A model generated the notes under the pieces. That model was not told the DNA's origin. It made no database searches and saw nothing but the letters and a program-made list of their open reading frames with translations. 64,000 bases of DNA from Octopus vulgaris (Eukaryota). Position numbers and translations under genes: made by a program. Shown here one piece after another: positions 12,300 to 26,400 of this stretch (its first letter is position 1; the number at the start of each line of letters is the position of its first letter). The stretch spans positions 96,658,001 to 96,722,000 of the forward strand of contig OX597817.1 in assembly GCA_951406725.2 (NCBI GenBank), in the 5' to 3' direction.

Positions 12300-13830
12300 C
12301 CAGTCACAGCATTCCCCACCTTCACTCCCTACTTGCAACTTCTTGGCAGTACCATGACAGCACCTGCCACCATTCATCTCCCTCTTCCTTACTCTACCAT
12401 CCTATTTGTGCCCTGGTTCCTTGTAAGTATACCATACCAACACTTACTGCCATCCCTCTCCTGCTCTTGTTGTCTCCTACTCTCTCTCTTACCCTTGCTT
12501 TTCTCTCTGCTTGAGAATGATGCCAAGAAAGTGTGAATGACCCTGGCCAACCCCAACACCTCCTTACAGGGCAATGATGGAGAGAATGGAACTGACAAAA
12601 GTGAAATTATCACTGCCACAAAGAGAACCATCTGATAAATATGAATAAGCTCGACAATAGTCACAGAACAGAAAACATGACTAAAATCAAAGAAAATAAA
12701 AAGATGCTAAAGCCAAAAACAAAGGACAAAACCCAATCACCTGTAGGTTTTGCATAAGAGGTGACAACTGGCATGAGAAAATGGGGATAAACTGCCACTT
12801 TCCTCATCTCAAGCCTAGTTAGATCAATACTTGAGTAGTAATTACTTCTCACTAAATCAACAAGACAGAGGGAAAACACACTCAAACAAATCCATAATTT
12901 GCAGAACGCTAGCAGTAAAGCAGGTGAACCAACTAAAGAAGACATCATGACATCTACAACTACCAAAAATACAAAGAGCAAATGCAGTGCAAACTGCAGC
13001 AATCAAGCAACAAACTTTTCTGAGTGTCAACACAAAAAATAGTGCAAAAGCCAACCTAGTTACAAACAAAACTGAGCCAAAGCCTTGCACACCCACACAC
13101 AAGACCAACACAAATAACATACCTTGGGTGGCCAGCTCTGCCACCTACCGAAACATCACCACCAAATTACTAAATATCAGTGACTAGCTGCATCTCAACA
13201 ACTAGAAGCAAAATTTCCTATATGAGAGAGCTTCTCACATGCAAACAATCAATGATGCATAACACTAACAGAAACACAAAAGATGTAGAGATACACAGAG
13301 TAAATTAAGTTGTATTTCATACATGCAGAAAAGAAAGAAGTCACTATAATGTCATGCTCTTAACCTGTTGTCACATTCATGCTTGCTCTGTGTCACATTA
13401 ACAGTACATATATAAACAGCTAAAGTTATAAGTACATATTATTATCCACATGATGCCTCATATCATGATGGTAAATTTGAGGAAAACCTTCAAATAATTA
13501 AAGAAGTATTAACAAAACTAGAACAATACATTGATATACTTCTATTAGGTAACTTCAACTTCACCAACATTAAATGGCTCAAAGGTAACATAATCTCAAA
13601 AATGTCAATCCAAGAATAAAGACAAGCATAACCACCACTTGATCTCACTAAAATACTGTTCATGGAAGAAATAATATCATGGACCTCTGATTCACTAATA
13701 ACATGCGAAAGCAACACCAACAATTTTCTCAAACCACACCATAGTAAAACTATTCAACTATTCAACTATTTCACACCAATAGCAGAATCCCTGCATGGCC
13801 ACAGCCTCTAGCTGGAACAAGTAAAAGGGT
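12300..13830 (+). mobile_element. Old CR1-group LINE remnant
   Basis: Decayed endonuclease motif LGNFNFTNIKW (~13545-13578) and tail GCATGGCCACAGCCTCTAGCTGGAAC (~13794-13818); boundaries approximate. Confidence 0.45.
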
Positions 13831-14369
13831 AGTAGCATACGTATGTAAGCATGCATCTGTATATATTATAAATATTCTTCATCATTTAACATCCATTTCT
13901 CCATGCTGGCATGGATTGGACAGTTTAAAAAGGAACAGACAAGCAAGAGGGTTATGTTGAGCTCCATTGTCTGTTTTAGCATGGTGAGGTTATCAAGTAC
14001 CTGCAAGACAAGATCCTCTTAGCTGGAAAGAGTATAATATAGAGGGATAGGAAGAGGTGTCTTGCTAAAGAGGTAAATATATGGCTTGCAAATATGGAAA
14101 GAGAGAGAGAAAAATGTGAGGTCAAGATATAAAGGTAAATGTGAAAGGCAGAATAGGATAGAGGTAATAGAAAAGGTGAGTGAACAGGTAAATGTACTGG
14201 AGTGAAAATAATGAGATAGATAATTAGATATAAGGAATAAATTGGATATGGAGAATATCAGTCTGGCAGAGGGAAAGTGAAGGAAAGAAATAGGGTGCTG
14301 CAAAAGAGTGGCAGAAGAATTAGTATTAGAAGATGTGTTATAGGGAAAGGCTTGACAGAACCTCATTTT

Positions 14370-17300
14370 TGTTGAGACAGACAGGTCTTCTCAACATCTT
14401 AAGCTCTTCCACAGCTTCCTCATCCATCTGCATCATATGACCATATCAACAGTGTTCTTTTCTGCATACTACATATGGTGCTTCTTATGGCCAATTTTTC
14501 TCTTAACAAATTTGCACTTCATTGTACATGTGTACCAACATTGCACATCCATTGGACCATGCCAGTTTCATTTCTTACTGGTTTTCAAGTCCTCTACCCT
14601 CACAACCCAAGTTTTACAACCATATAACATTGCTGTTCATATATACACATCATACAAAACTGCCTTTTACACTGAGGGAGAAGCTTTTTGCAATAGTTTT
14701 CTAAACTTTCTCCAGTCAATTCTTATTTTAGCAACTATAATTTCAGAACATCTGCCTTTACTGCTAATTAGGCCAATGTAAGTAACAGAAACAATCTATC
14801 TCTAGGAATCCTACTAAGCATTCCAGAACATCTATTACCCATGTGCTCTTAGGATTTATTGCACCTATGCATCAGGCACAAACTAAGCCTACTTTCTGTT
14901 AACCTCCTCGTGATCCCACTACACTACCTATGCATCCATAGTTTGCACTGAGTACACTGAAAATCATTTTTACCAAATTCTCCTCTACATACAGGATGTT
15001 CAGGCTAAATTTGACAGTTTTTTTTTTGTCTTATTTTTTTCAAGAACAGCTTGACATATTGGTGAAAAGTCAACAGCACTGGAGAGCATAAAGATTTAAG
15101 TTGTAGTTGAGGAAAAGTTCACCAATGTGAAAGACTGGAAGCTTTGTAAATATTGGAAAAGGGTTACCTGTGTCATGATGATTCACACCAGATATCAAAA
15201 TGACTGCTGTCCAATGTTCTGTAAAGAATGTAAAAGCTGTATGATATGAAATGGGCAGCTGCAACAGAGACTATGAAGCTGTGGTCATCAAGAAGGGACA
15301 CAGAAAACATTCTGACTGTATCCACATGCCAGCATTCATCCAACAACTACAGGAACAGGGCCTTAGGCTCAATTCAGATGGCTATGAGAAACTGCTGGAG
15401 ACTAGTCAAAACATGGTTGGAGAGGGTTGCTGCTGAGGGCCATGTTTGGCAGCAGGATTCAGCTCCTTGCTATACCCCTTGAAAGAGTCAGAAGAGGTTG
15501 TTGGAGGATTCTTACAACTTCAGCAACCCCAATTTCTGGCCTCCTAATTCTACCAATTGAAATCCATGGATTACTGTGTGGGGCATGGTTGAGAAAGTCA
15601 CCAACCACTCAGCTAGCAAGATCAAGGAAATGTTTGAAAACCTTCTTGGGGCACAGTGAGGAATGCATGCACCAGGTTTTGGGGCCATCTTGAGCCATGG
15701 AAGAAGCTGAGAGCCATTAATTCGAATAAACTGTTAGCTCCCTGTCATAATCTAGCTGGTATTTTTTAATTTTTTTAAATACTTTTATTTTTGGATGGGA
15801 TATTGTGTTTCCTTTACCTTTTATGTAAACTGTCAAATTTAGCCTGAACACCATGTATAGAACAAGGCCATTTACCCAAATGAATTAGTGTCCTATCTGT
15901 TTTTCTGCTAACTAGAACTTTAATTTGTACTCATTAACTCTCACTTTGCTGACAGCAACCCTGTAAATGGTTTGAACAGCTTTCACATGTCATTCATTTA
16001 CTCTTAGTTCTGTAATGACCATAAGATAAGGGTGCAAGACACACAGTCAAAATTTTTCACCAGGTTGATGAATGCTATGTACAGTTGTTATTATTATCAT
16101 TTTTATTTTTTTGGCTAAATACTTCTGCAGCAGGCAAACAATAAAGAGAACAGTGCTTCTCTCCAGCACAGAGCCAAACTGCATCTCATCTAGGTTAACT
16201 TTCTTACCTATTAATTAGGCCAGGACTCTGATAGGGTCCTGACCTAATTACATAATCTAGTCCACTAGTTTGATACCTCAGTAATTACTTCTCTCTCAAG
16301 CATCTTCTTCACCCTTGTAACAACTAATCCCATGGGCATTTATAACTGAAAGGGGTCTTTACTATAATGCTACTACACTAGCATTATATAACAGCTGACT
16401 ATAATGTGCTACATAACCTAGTTCAGTAGTATGATACCTTTCTATAGAACCTGATTAATTACATGGGTGACTAGGCCATATCCTACTCTGCCTGATATTT
16501 TCAGCATCTCAGCAGTAATATCCAATGGATCATGGGCTTTCTTAATCTTCATATTCTTAATTGCTTTTTCTATGAGAACTGCCATCAACAAGAATGGCTG
16601 TAGTTCCTGTCAAGTTCACATTAGGAAGACTGTTTTTCTCTCATGCATTCTCCACATTTAGTAGCCTTTCATAATATCACTTCCATGCCTTTCTTTTTTC
16701 AGAATCACAAAGTGTATGCTTATCCCTCTGTGCATATTTCTCTCCTATAACATCTTGATTTTCTATGAAACGCTGTCTTGCAATCCAGAACACCTCATGT
16801 CTTTGGTCTTCATGCTGTAAAATATAGGCAACCTCATTTTTTCATCTTCTCTCCTTGCTAAACAGACTTGTTTCCTAGCTTCTCTTCTAGCAACCTGGAA
16901 TAGTTCTTTGCTGCTCTCATTTTTCCAAACCTTTCATTTCACTTTTACTGCTCTGTCTACTTCCCTGTTCCTCATAACTCTTGGTCTGGCTGGAATATTG
17001 CACAAACCTCAGATTTGGTCTGTAATCCTCAATAGATTGTCCTGTAAGAACTTCCAATTGTCCTCTATGTTATATGTCTCTATCTCCTTTTCATCAAATG
17101 CTTCAATTAGTATGTCTCTGAATCTCTGTTTGAAGGATCCTTCAGCTTCTATATTTTTATTTTTCAGATTGCTTTGTGTTTCTAAGTCCTTCCAGTTCGA
17201 AATTACTAACAACTAACCTATGTTGTATAGCAAATTCTTAATCAGGAAAGCTCTTTGCATTCACAAGCAACTGCCTACTCCATTTTCTGGTGAGAATGTA

Positions 17301-17430
17301 GCCAATCTGGTTGTATGCTCACCAGATTCGTAGGTGACCAAATGGCTAATAAGTTTCATGAAGTTAATGTTGCACATCAACAAGTCATTAGCATCACAGA
17401 ACTCCAGTCGTCTTCTTTTCTCATTTAGTA
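14370..17430 (-). mobile_element. Old RTE LINE remnant interrupted by a Tc1 element
   Basis: ORF fragments RLEFCDANDLLMCNINF (17261-17521) and FRDILIEAFDE...DNWKFLQDNLL (17009-17212); decayed RT on both sides of 14992-15855. Confidence 0.7.
14992..15855 (+). mobile_element. Tc1/mariner element, internally deleted
   Basis: TA-flanked ~29-bp TIRs CAGGATGTTCAGGCTAAATTTGACAGTTT / AAACTGTCAAATTTAGCCTGAACACCATG; transposase relics VWQQDSAPC and FWPPNS...DYCVWG. Confidence 0.85.
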
Positions 17431-18474
17431 CATTAGAGAGGTAGAGTTTGTGAATGGTTGATGGGTTGGATGTGGTGCTGAAGAAGGAGCAAGAACTCCT
17501 GAAATATGTATATACACCCATTACTTATCTTTCCATCTTAGATCATATTGCTGTTTACATTTGGATACAAAATGTCATAACAAATCAGTGCTGGCTATAA
17601 TTGCCATAGATAATTTGTAGAGATAACCTTAATAGTATGATGCATATTAAATAGCAGGAGCATTTCCACTGTATGATGATATAAGGTATCCAATAAACTA
17701 TCAACAAGTTTTGCATAGCATTCTACAAGGTTTTTTTTTTTACCCAAACCTTATTTAACTTATACAAACATATATATACTTACATACACACACACAAACA
17801 TATATATACATATAGGCATGGCTGTGTGGTAAGAAGCTTGCTTTCCAACCACATGTTTCCAGGTTCACTCTAAATCCCAATCCCAATCATATCCTTACAA
17901 CCTAAACCCTTATATACAAAACCTAAACTAGAAAAAATCTTTAAAATGAAAAATTTACTACCAAGCACATACTTTAGAATTAAGCAGGGCAAAAAATAAA
18001 ACTGATAAACAATTGTAATTTTGAAAAACTTAGTGTTTCTAAGTCCTTCCAGTTTTTATTTGCAGAAATGTAATCTCTGGTGCTTAAAATATAGAAATTG
18101 GAAGAAATTTTGAAGATAAAAAAAGAGATAAAACATAAAAGTTATGTGGCATGTTTATCTGAAATTTCATCTGACAATAATATTAGGGCAACAAACATTC
18201 CAAGCTAGTACCATTGCATCGACATGGAGCACCTAATTTCCTACAAAAAGTAATTGGGGAGCTTCTCTCCAAACTGCAGTCTGGAGACTGTGTGAGTTTA
18301 GTTATAAAATTCCTAGTGGTGTAAATCATAACATAGGGATGGATGTGTATAGTATGACTAATAACAATGACAGCATAAATAAAGTCTCCATTAACAACTA
18401 TGATAACTACGTAAACATTAATAGCAATACACAATAATTTCAAGGTTGGTTGTAATATTGGCTATGAAGCATAT

Positions 18475-18680
18475 AATAATCCTTTCTATATGCACAAAGC
18501 CTGAAGTTTGGGGGAAGGAATAATCAATTACAATGACCCTAGTATACAACTGGTACTTATTTCATCAACCCTGAAAGGATGAAAAGTAAAGTTAACCTCC
18601 GCAGAATTTGAACTCAGAATGTTAAGACAGACAAAACGTTTTGCTCGGCATAGTAATGATTCTACCAGCTCACCACCTTA
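18475..18680 (-). mobile_element. SINE (same core as 19904-20061)
   Basis: Reverse complement of TTCTGAGTTCAAATTC...CTTTCATCCTTTCAGGG...AAGTACCAGTT core. Confidence 0.7.
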
Positions 18681-19208
18681 TGAAACATATGATAATAAGG
18701 TTACCAATAATGGTTGCAATTGTCATGATAAAAATAAATGTCTGCTTCCGGGATGATGTTTAGCTAAAAATGTAGTTAATAAGTGATACTAATACATTTA
18801 CTTTTATTGGTTGTTGTTCTGATTTCAAGAAGCAATTAAGCAACCATTTTACCTCATTTAGACTCAGACATAAGGCCAATATCTCATTATCAACGAAAGT
18901 TTGGGGTCTTAAGGATAATAATGTCAAATTTGATATTATATGGAACATCATTCATGGAGTTCACCCGTATTCCAACAACAGATATGGATGAGGACTGTGC
19001 AATAAGGAGCTATATGAAATATTGAAAAATAAGGACAATGATAATTTGGTTAACAATAAATTAGACCTTAGATTATTGAGTATGCATAGAATTTATTGTG
19101 CTTTTAAATACTTTAAACATATTACATAATCCTCTTGCCCCTATGTATTTAACTACTTCCGGCCACCCTACTCTCTTCAAATCTACTATCACTGTCCTTC
19201 AAATATAA

Positions 19209-19590
19209 TTACCTCTGCCAAGGAAGGAGGTTATGTTTTCATCGGCATTGGTTTGTCCGTCTGTCCACCTGTGTGCAAAATAACTCAAAAAATTGTGAAC
19301 AGTATTTGATGAAACTTGCAGGAAAAGTTGGTAATGACACAAAGAACAGATGATGAAATTTTGGTAGTGATCTGGGAATTTTTATGGATTCTTGAAGGAT
19401 TTTTCATTTGTTATATTTACTTTACATGAAGTATTACGATGTTACATTCTTTGTTTATCTCCTGTGAAAACACATTCATCATTTCCATGTAACCTAAGGT
19501 GGCGTTGCTGTTTCTGAAGTTTATTTTCATTTCTCTATTAGTAATTTTACTCGCGTATCTATCTTAAAATGAGATGCTTGGCGGAGGATG
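19209..19590 (+). mobile_element. Helentron-associated non-autonomous element (HINE/DINE-1-like)
   Basis: 5' TTACCTCTGCCAAGG, GTCC/GTCT microsatellite, 3' complementary CTTGGCGGAGG subterminal repeat. Confidence 0.6.
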
Positions 19591-20310
19591 ACTTGACAAG
19601 CCTTGACTATTGGGATTGACTCGAAAAGCTAGGCTTTGCTCTCATGAGCTCTGTACCATCTGTATGATGTGGAAAATATTCCATCAACATTGCTCATCTT
19701 TAAAATTCATCCAAGGCTTGGCCCCCATGCCATCCGTCCACTACAGAAATGTTTGTGTCATATCACAACACTATGACAGAACTATTTCAATTCAATTGGC
19801 CCTAGTCTCTTCAACATCGTGCCAGATACACATAAAGAATGAAAGTGACTTCACAGCATTCAAATGATCCCTAGATGATTACCCCCAACAAAAACCAGAT
19901 AAACGTTCTGAGTTCAAATTCCGCCGAGGTCGACTTTGCCTTTCATTCTTTCAGGGTTGATTAAATAAGTACCAGTTATGCACTGGGGTCAATGTAATTG
20001 ACTTAATCCCTTTGTTTGTCCTCTCTATGTTTAGCCCCCCCCCTGTGGGCAATAAAAAAAAAACATTGTGCCAGACACACATAAAGGAGGATAGTGACTT
20101 CACGGCATTCAAATGATCCCTAGATGATTACCTCCAACAAATACCAGATAAATCACCCACATCCAGATATGTCTCTGAAAACAATACCCCTCTACTTGAA
20201 TGGGCTACAGTTCCCCAGAGCTGACTGTGTATCCCTTCCAGGTGGTGCTATTAAATTAGACATGGCCAGCGCCAACTTCAGTCAAAACTTATCTAAGTAA
20301 TCTAATCTAT
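19590..20310 (+). mobile_element. CR1-group 3' fragment hosting a SINE
   Basis: Decayed C-terminal region (GPSLFNIVP..., QIPDKSP) comparable to 53700-53830. Confidence 0.5.
19904..20061 (+). mobile_element. 5'-truncated SINE flanked by a 91-bp direct repeat
   Basis: GTTCTGAGTTCAAATTCCGCCGAGGTCGACTTTGCC core and A-tail; flanks 19813-19903 and 20062-20152 are near-identical. Confidence 0.8.
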
Positions 20311-21084
20311 GCCGTAACCTTTTCATCAAAGCATGACAACATGGGTAGAGACTGATATCTTAACATTTCTGATGGTCTCAAGTTTTAAAAAAATTATTAA
20401 AGATTTATATAGAATTACATTCAGAATATGCCTATAAGATATTGTGTTTAGACCTGGTTTTAATAAAGCAATACGAAATTAGAAAAATCAAAAATCTACA
20501 ACAATCTCGGTCCCATGAGTATCAGATAATGGATTTTCAACTGTGTAAAGAAACTGATTATGGTGATTGTGGTGAAAGCAGAGACAGTGTTGATGATGAT
20601 GATGGTTGAGATAAATATGGAAAGAGGATAAAATAGTATCTGTGTTATGTTTTTGCTGGCGTTGGTTTGGGAAATTGGGCGATTTTCAGCATGCATGTAT
20701 ATGAGTGGAAATGAGCTGCTAGGTGAAGGTCTGCACTCACTGAGTGCTTTTCTAGTTATTAATGTGTTTTAATCTAATCTTCTTGTCTTTCGCTATACTT
20801 TTATTGCATTTAGTTATATTTTGATTACTCTAACATATCTGTTATATTTATAATATGCCAGTATTAATTGGTACTAAATCTTTTTTTTGTACCCTTCACT
20901 ACATTACAACCCTAGTCCTAATTTTTATATCTTTGATTTCACAGATTGGTTTATAAACTCTAAATTTTTTTTATATTTATCATATTATATATTCTGCCTT
21001 TCTCACTTTATTCTTTTATGGTATATATTATAAAATATATATTCTCTTTCATCATCTCACACAAGATCACCTCCACTAATAACC

Positions 21085-21425
21085 TTCCCCCTCTCAAAAT
21101 TCGTTGCCTTGCAAGTTACTTGGTGACCCTGCTGATGCAGGTACCATGTAAAAAGCATCCAATCCACACAGTAAAGTGGTTGGCATTTGGAAGAACATCC
21201 AGCTGTAAGAACCATGCCAAAACTGACCTCACCTGTGCTGGTGCCACATAAAAAGCACCCAGTTCACTCTATGGGGTAGCTGGTGTTAAGAAGGGTATCC
21301 AGCTGTAAAAACCATGCCAAAACAGACACAGTAGCCTGGTGCAGTCTCCTACTTGGCTGGCTCCTGTCAAACCATCTGACCCATACTAGCATGGATGACA
21401 GACATTAAATCATGATGATGATGAT
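21085..21425 (+). mobile_element. Short element with RTE-type 3' end
   Basis: Repeated TAAAAAGCACC/CATCCAGCTGTA modules, CCATACTAGCATGG and (GAT)n tail as in the RTE 3' UTRs. Confidence 0.65.
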
Positions 21426-21726
21426 ATTAAATTTAAACCTTTATAAATTTATAATCCTAGTTTGACCTGATATATTACTAATGTTATTAATACCGATATT
21501 TATATTTATAATTGATTATTTATAATTTATAATATAAGATTTATTATGTATCCAACATCTTGTATGTAATACTTATATTTCTTTTTATATTTTCAAATAT
21601 CCATTATTACTTTTAAATTCTTATATTCTGGTAATTTACCTCATACATACATCTATGACTATATTTAGCCTTCATTATTTTCAACACTTCTGCTGGTATT
21701 CTATAATTTTATACTTACTTTTACAA

Positions 21727-22055
21727 TTAGCTCTGCCTTCACTAAGGCAGAGGTATTATTTTCAGTCTGATTGCTAGTTTGTTTGTCCATGGACGAGATA
21801 TCTCAAGAACAGCTGGATTCAGATGGAACTTTCAGGGATGTTTGACCTCGTGACTGGCACAAACTAATTAGGTTTTGAAATCACTCCAGTAATGGACAAG
21901 GATTCTGGATTATTTTTCCTGTTTTTTTTACTTAATTTATGAGAGCAGTCGAGTTTATTTCAGATATTCTCATTTTAAAAATCATACCTGGCTAATCATT
22001 GAGAGGATGTTGGTGTTGCCTTGGCAGAGGTTTGCGCTCTTTGAATGCTCTTGTT
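21727..22055 (+). mobile_element. HINE/Helentron-like element
   Basis: 5' CTCTGCCTT...AAGGCAGAG hairpin, GTTT/GTCC tract, 3' CCTTGGCAGAGG followed by a short terminal hairpin-like sequence. Confidence 0.6.
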
Positions 22056-22731
22056 ATAATTATAATTCAGTTATGGTTTTTATATGTTTTTTTGGGTTTT
22101 TTTGTATACCTCTTTATTTGTCTAATTAATTATCTGATAAAGAAGGCCACTCATCATTTTATTCTATTTCATTCTCTTCCTGGTGGCAATTTATTTTATT
22201 TTGTCTGTTAAGTTTTTTGACCTGGGATCGTTAGTCCTGCTATATATGCTTCCTTCTATGTAAAAAACCATCTAACTCCCTCTTTATCTCCTATCGACCT
22301 CCCCTCTCTATCTTTTAAGGATTTGTGGAGGTAGGAGGAACTGGGTTGTACAGCTATTTGAAGAATAAAATTTAAAATAAAATAAATTAACCTTATCTTA
22401 GAATTCAGAGCACGATTTGAAAGTCTCACCCTCAATTCTGTATCCATCCCCACTCACCTCCCTCATCTTTCAAGGCTTTTTGTCTAGAACTCAGTTGTCC
22501 AGTCTCTTAAAGGTTATAAACAAAATAAAATAACCTTATCTTTTAAAAGTTGAACTGAATATCCTTTCATCTAATCTTCCTACAGCTATAAATACTCTTT
22601 GCCTCCCTCCCCTCTCATCATAAACTTTTTCCTATATTAACTACTAACTTGAGTGAATTCATTCTTTTGAACCATGAAGTGGCACAAACTGGTGATTTTT
22701 GGAATGGTTTTTAAATGTGTAATTCATGTAT

Positions 22732-22821
22732 ATTCACCTGATGAAAATGGTTTTTCTTTTTCATGGTGTAATAATTCTCTACATCATCAATAAATATTCA
22801 TTTGAAACAGCTGTAGTGAAT
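22732..22821 (+). ncRNA. Type I hammerhead ribozyme motif (PLE-associated)
   Basis: Stem I ATTCAC/GTGAAT, core CTGATGA (22738-22744), stem II AAATG/CATTT with a long loop, GAAA, palindromic stem III CAGCTG, GUA cleavage triplet. Confidence 0.7.
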
Positions 22822-22933
22822 GAACCATTATCCATCTGTTGTTATTTATTTATTATTCATCTCATTCAGAACCTTCTATTAGCTAAGATCTGGAGTCTAT
22901 TAAAAGCAGTACAATTGGTGCAGTGTGTGTTCC

Positions 22934-22972
<39 letters not shown>

Positions 22973-23419
22973 TGTAAACAAAATAGGAGTACTTGACGTT
23001 CCATTAAATAATAAGTTTAAAAACATATGATAAATGCACAAATTAATGGAAAACAAACACAGGTCACCAAATCCTCATCAGTTATCAGCCAAACATAATT
23101 TTGTGCCTTCAACAATAACATTGCTTCACTTCTGATGACAAAGGTGGATCGACTCTGTTTTAAATAATAAAGTCTCCATTTAACAAGGCGTTTTCATTAT
23201 TTTCTCCAACACCTGTGTATATCTATCTATCTATCTATTTATTGAACTGTTTAGTCCATGCTAGCATGGACTAAACAGTTCAACAGGATGTGATAAGTCA
23301 GAGGACTGATCAACCCAAAATGTAATATGAATTTTAAAACAAATGTAGCTAGAGAATTCTTAAACTCAGTATCTATGCATTTTTCCATGAGGCACAAGTA
23401 CTACATTCAGCAGAAAAAT

Positions 23420-26400
23420 CCTGAAAGTTAGCTAAACTTGTTCTAAGAACTTAGCATAACGTGAGTTGACTCAATAAATCTAATGGATATGATGACAGCC
23501 TTAAGTGCAATTTTAAAGATCTCAGTAACTGCTCCTTTAATGGCAATTTCTTAAAGTTGTAGTATATAGGGCAAGAGCCACAGAAAAAAAAATTTTTAAG
23601 ACAAAGTTTTACCAGCACAAAAATTCCTTTAAATAATTAGGAAACATGTCTACAGTGAGTTTATCCAAATATGTATGTCAATTGGAAAACGCTAACTCTG
23701 CAGATTTTAAAATCCATTGGTTGATCTTGGAAACAGCAAGACCATTCAGATATGCATTGAACTGCTATTTCATAAAATGCTCATTATGTTTAAGTGAGAA
23801 ATATTTCATTTTGTTTCAGGATGAAAAATTGCAGACTTTGAAGATTCTGATTTTGAGACCTTTGCCATCAAATAATTACTGTATACAACCATTTCTCACT
23901 ACCACATCTGTTTTACTGTTTTCATTATTACTTTGAATATGGTGAATGAAGTTTTGTATTTCTGAACTTGCATTGTTTCCTTGTAACCATTGTATTCAAT
24001 CTTTATAAAACTTTATAAGCGTTTTTGATTTCATCTTTTGCTTCATCAGCCAGGTTATAAGTTACACGCATGTTTATTGTATTATTTCATTATATAATTT
24101 TATCATTCTTATTTAAAATTATCCTTTAACTTTGATTTGGTTGATGTTTTACATATACCCAAATATATTTTTTCACATCCTTGCATTTTTTGAAAACTGA
24201 TTTTTTTCCATTTTATATCAATCAGTTTATATCTGTCTGCTTTTTTGTTTTTATCTCCTCCACACCCTACAAGTAGAATAATGCCTTTAGGTCTTTATCT
24301 TTATAATTTAAATATCTAATGCATGCATTCTAATCACTCCTGCTTTCCTCCTCTCCTTATATACATAAATATTATTTCTTTCTGTATACATATCTGATAC
24401 ATGCTGTCAATTATAACTACTAGTGGGTTTTTTTAACTCAGATCCCATCTTCTTTAGATAGTGTCAACAGTAGTCAGCTACTGCAGAATATTTATTGTGT
24501 TTATCAGATTTAAAAGAGTGTACATGGGCTGAGTATCAAAGTTTAAGGTTGATGGTTGTTAAGGACCGTACATTTAGAAATGACACTGAATCTTCTAGTG
24601 TTGGCTTGCAATGGACAGTTAGAAAGTATTTTGAAGTTGCAGTTGGAACCATTCAGTTTATGATCCTTTATATTATCTGTTATCTATGAACTCCTTCAAT
24701 AACTTTGTCTATATGTTCCTACAATTCATGGTACAATTCATAGTAATGACACTCATCTTAAGAGAACCAGAAAGGCCTGTATGAGTCCTTTATTAACTTA
24801 AACCCATCACATTTGAAGATAGCATTAAAAAAGCTATAACATTGGATTTAAACTCTTCTTTATACTCCCCACACCATAAGCTATATGAATATCTAAATTA
24901 TATCAATATTCACTCCAATCACCATAGATTTGTATTAAAAAGCATTGTTAATAGTATTCCTATTAGAATATCTGATCTTTCTGCAACTGAAGATATCTTT
25001 AATAACCAACCCATCTATTATAATCAAGTGCTAACAGCCAGGAGATTTTCTCACAAAATAAAATTTTTACCTAATGCTAAACTTAAGGATTACTTAGTGC
25101 AATTATATCCTAATTTTAAGTTCTCCAAGACCATGAATATAGACTACCCCACTAAAGATAGGAATATCCATCCCAGTGTTCCAGCACATAAACTCTTCAC
25201 TAAACTAGTCCACCTGCCTAATCCTAAGCCCGAGAGAACATATACAATAGATCATCCTGTTGGATGAAAATATATCCCAGATATTCACCAGGAACTTTAG
25301 CCCTCACAATTACTAAAAAAATGCAGGAGCAGAAATATATTTTGGTATATACCCACCTTCTCTTTAAATGTTAAGGACTTACCTAAACAGTTCTTTGGCA
25401 TTATTAAGTCCAAGTTCCCACCACAGCATAAGTACCACTCAGTTTTTAATTTTTTCACTATCAAATTATCCTATTCAGCTACACTTAATATTGGCTCAAT
25501 TATAGCTGCATCAAATAGATGTAAAATTGACAGATATAACTCAGGAACCACAACAAATGAAAATGATGTCACTCCCATCAATTTCAAAGTATGAGTATTT
25601 GAAGGAAAGGATTTAAGAAAAAAGACAAAGGATTAAAAATAAAAGAAGCTGCATCTATTTGCGATGGATGTGTGAATGTAATTTGAGTCCAGAAATGGAT
25701 TTTTCTATGAAGTCACAATGGGGACAATGGTGATTTTGATTTTGTCTGGAATTGGATAAATGTGTCTGCTGATTGCAGGATATAATTTTGTTGTTTCTTC
25801 ACTTCAAATTGTTTAGGTACATCATGACACATTTAACTTTACTCAGATCATTCTAAGCCATAATCGTCCCTAGATGTTGAATTAAGCTGTAAGGATTTTA
25901 GTGCTTGTTTCCTTATACCTACAGATAGGTTTTCCTCTACCACAGACTCCCTCTACTTGTTGGCCATACTAAAGAATTTTCCAATTGCTTTTAATATTGA
26001 AGATATTACATTTCCTAAAATTTCAACATTTGATATCTTATCTTGCTATTTTATGTTGCTGATATTGTGCAGACACCATACATGAAAGGTCTTAAGTTTC
26101 TTTATATAACCAACTCTCAAGAGATCAGTACATCTACTCTCCTCTCCATCACCAGAACTACTAATATGGCTAATCTTAATAATAATAGCATATATAATAC
26201 TGACAACACCATGGAATGTAGCCCATATGGGAAGTATGAATGTGATCAACCCAACTCAAAACATAACAGATTTCTTAGTAATAGCAATAATAGCACACAT
26301 AAAAGGATCCTAAATTGAATGGGTCCAACTGCAACTTCAAAATATTTGCTAACTGTCCATTACAAGCCACCTGCAGAAGATTCAATGTCACTTATAAGTA

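Noticed and set aside
25806-25817. PKQF on the minus strand as ISPD exon 1
   Set aside because: No upstream AGGxGxR motif, an in-frame stop a few codons upstream and no similarity downstream
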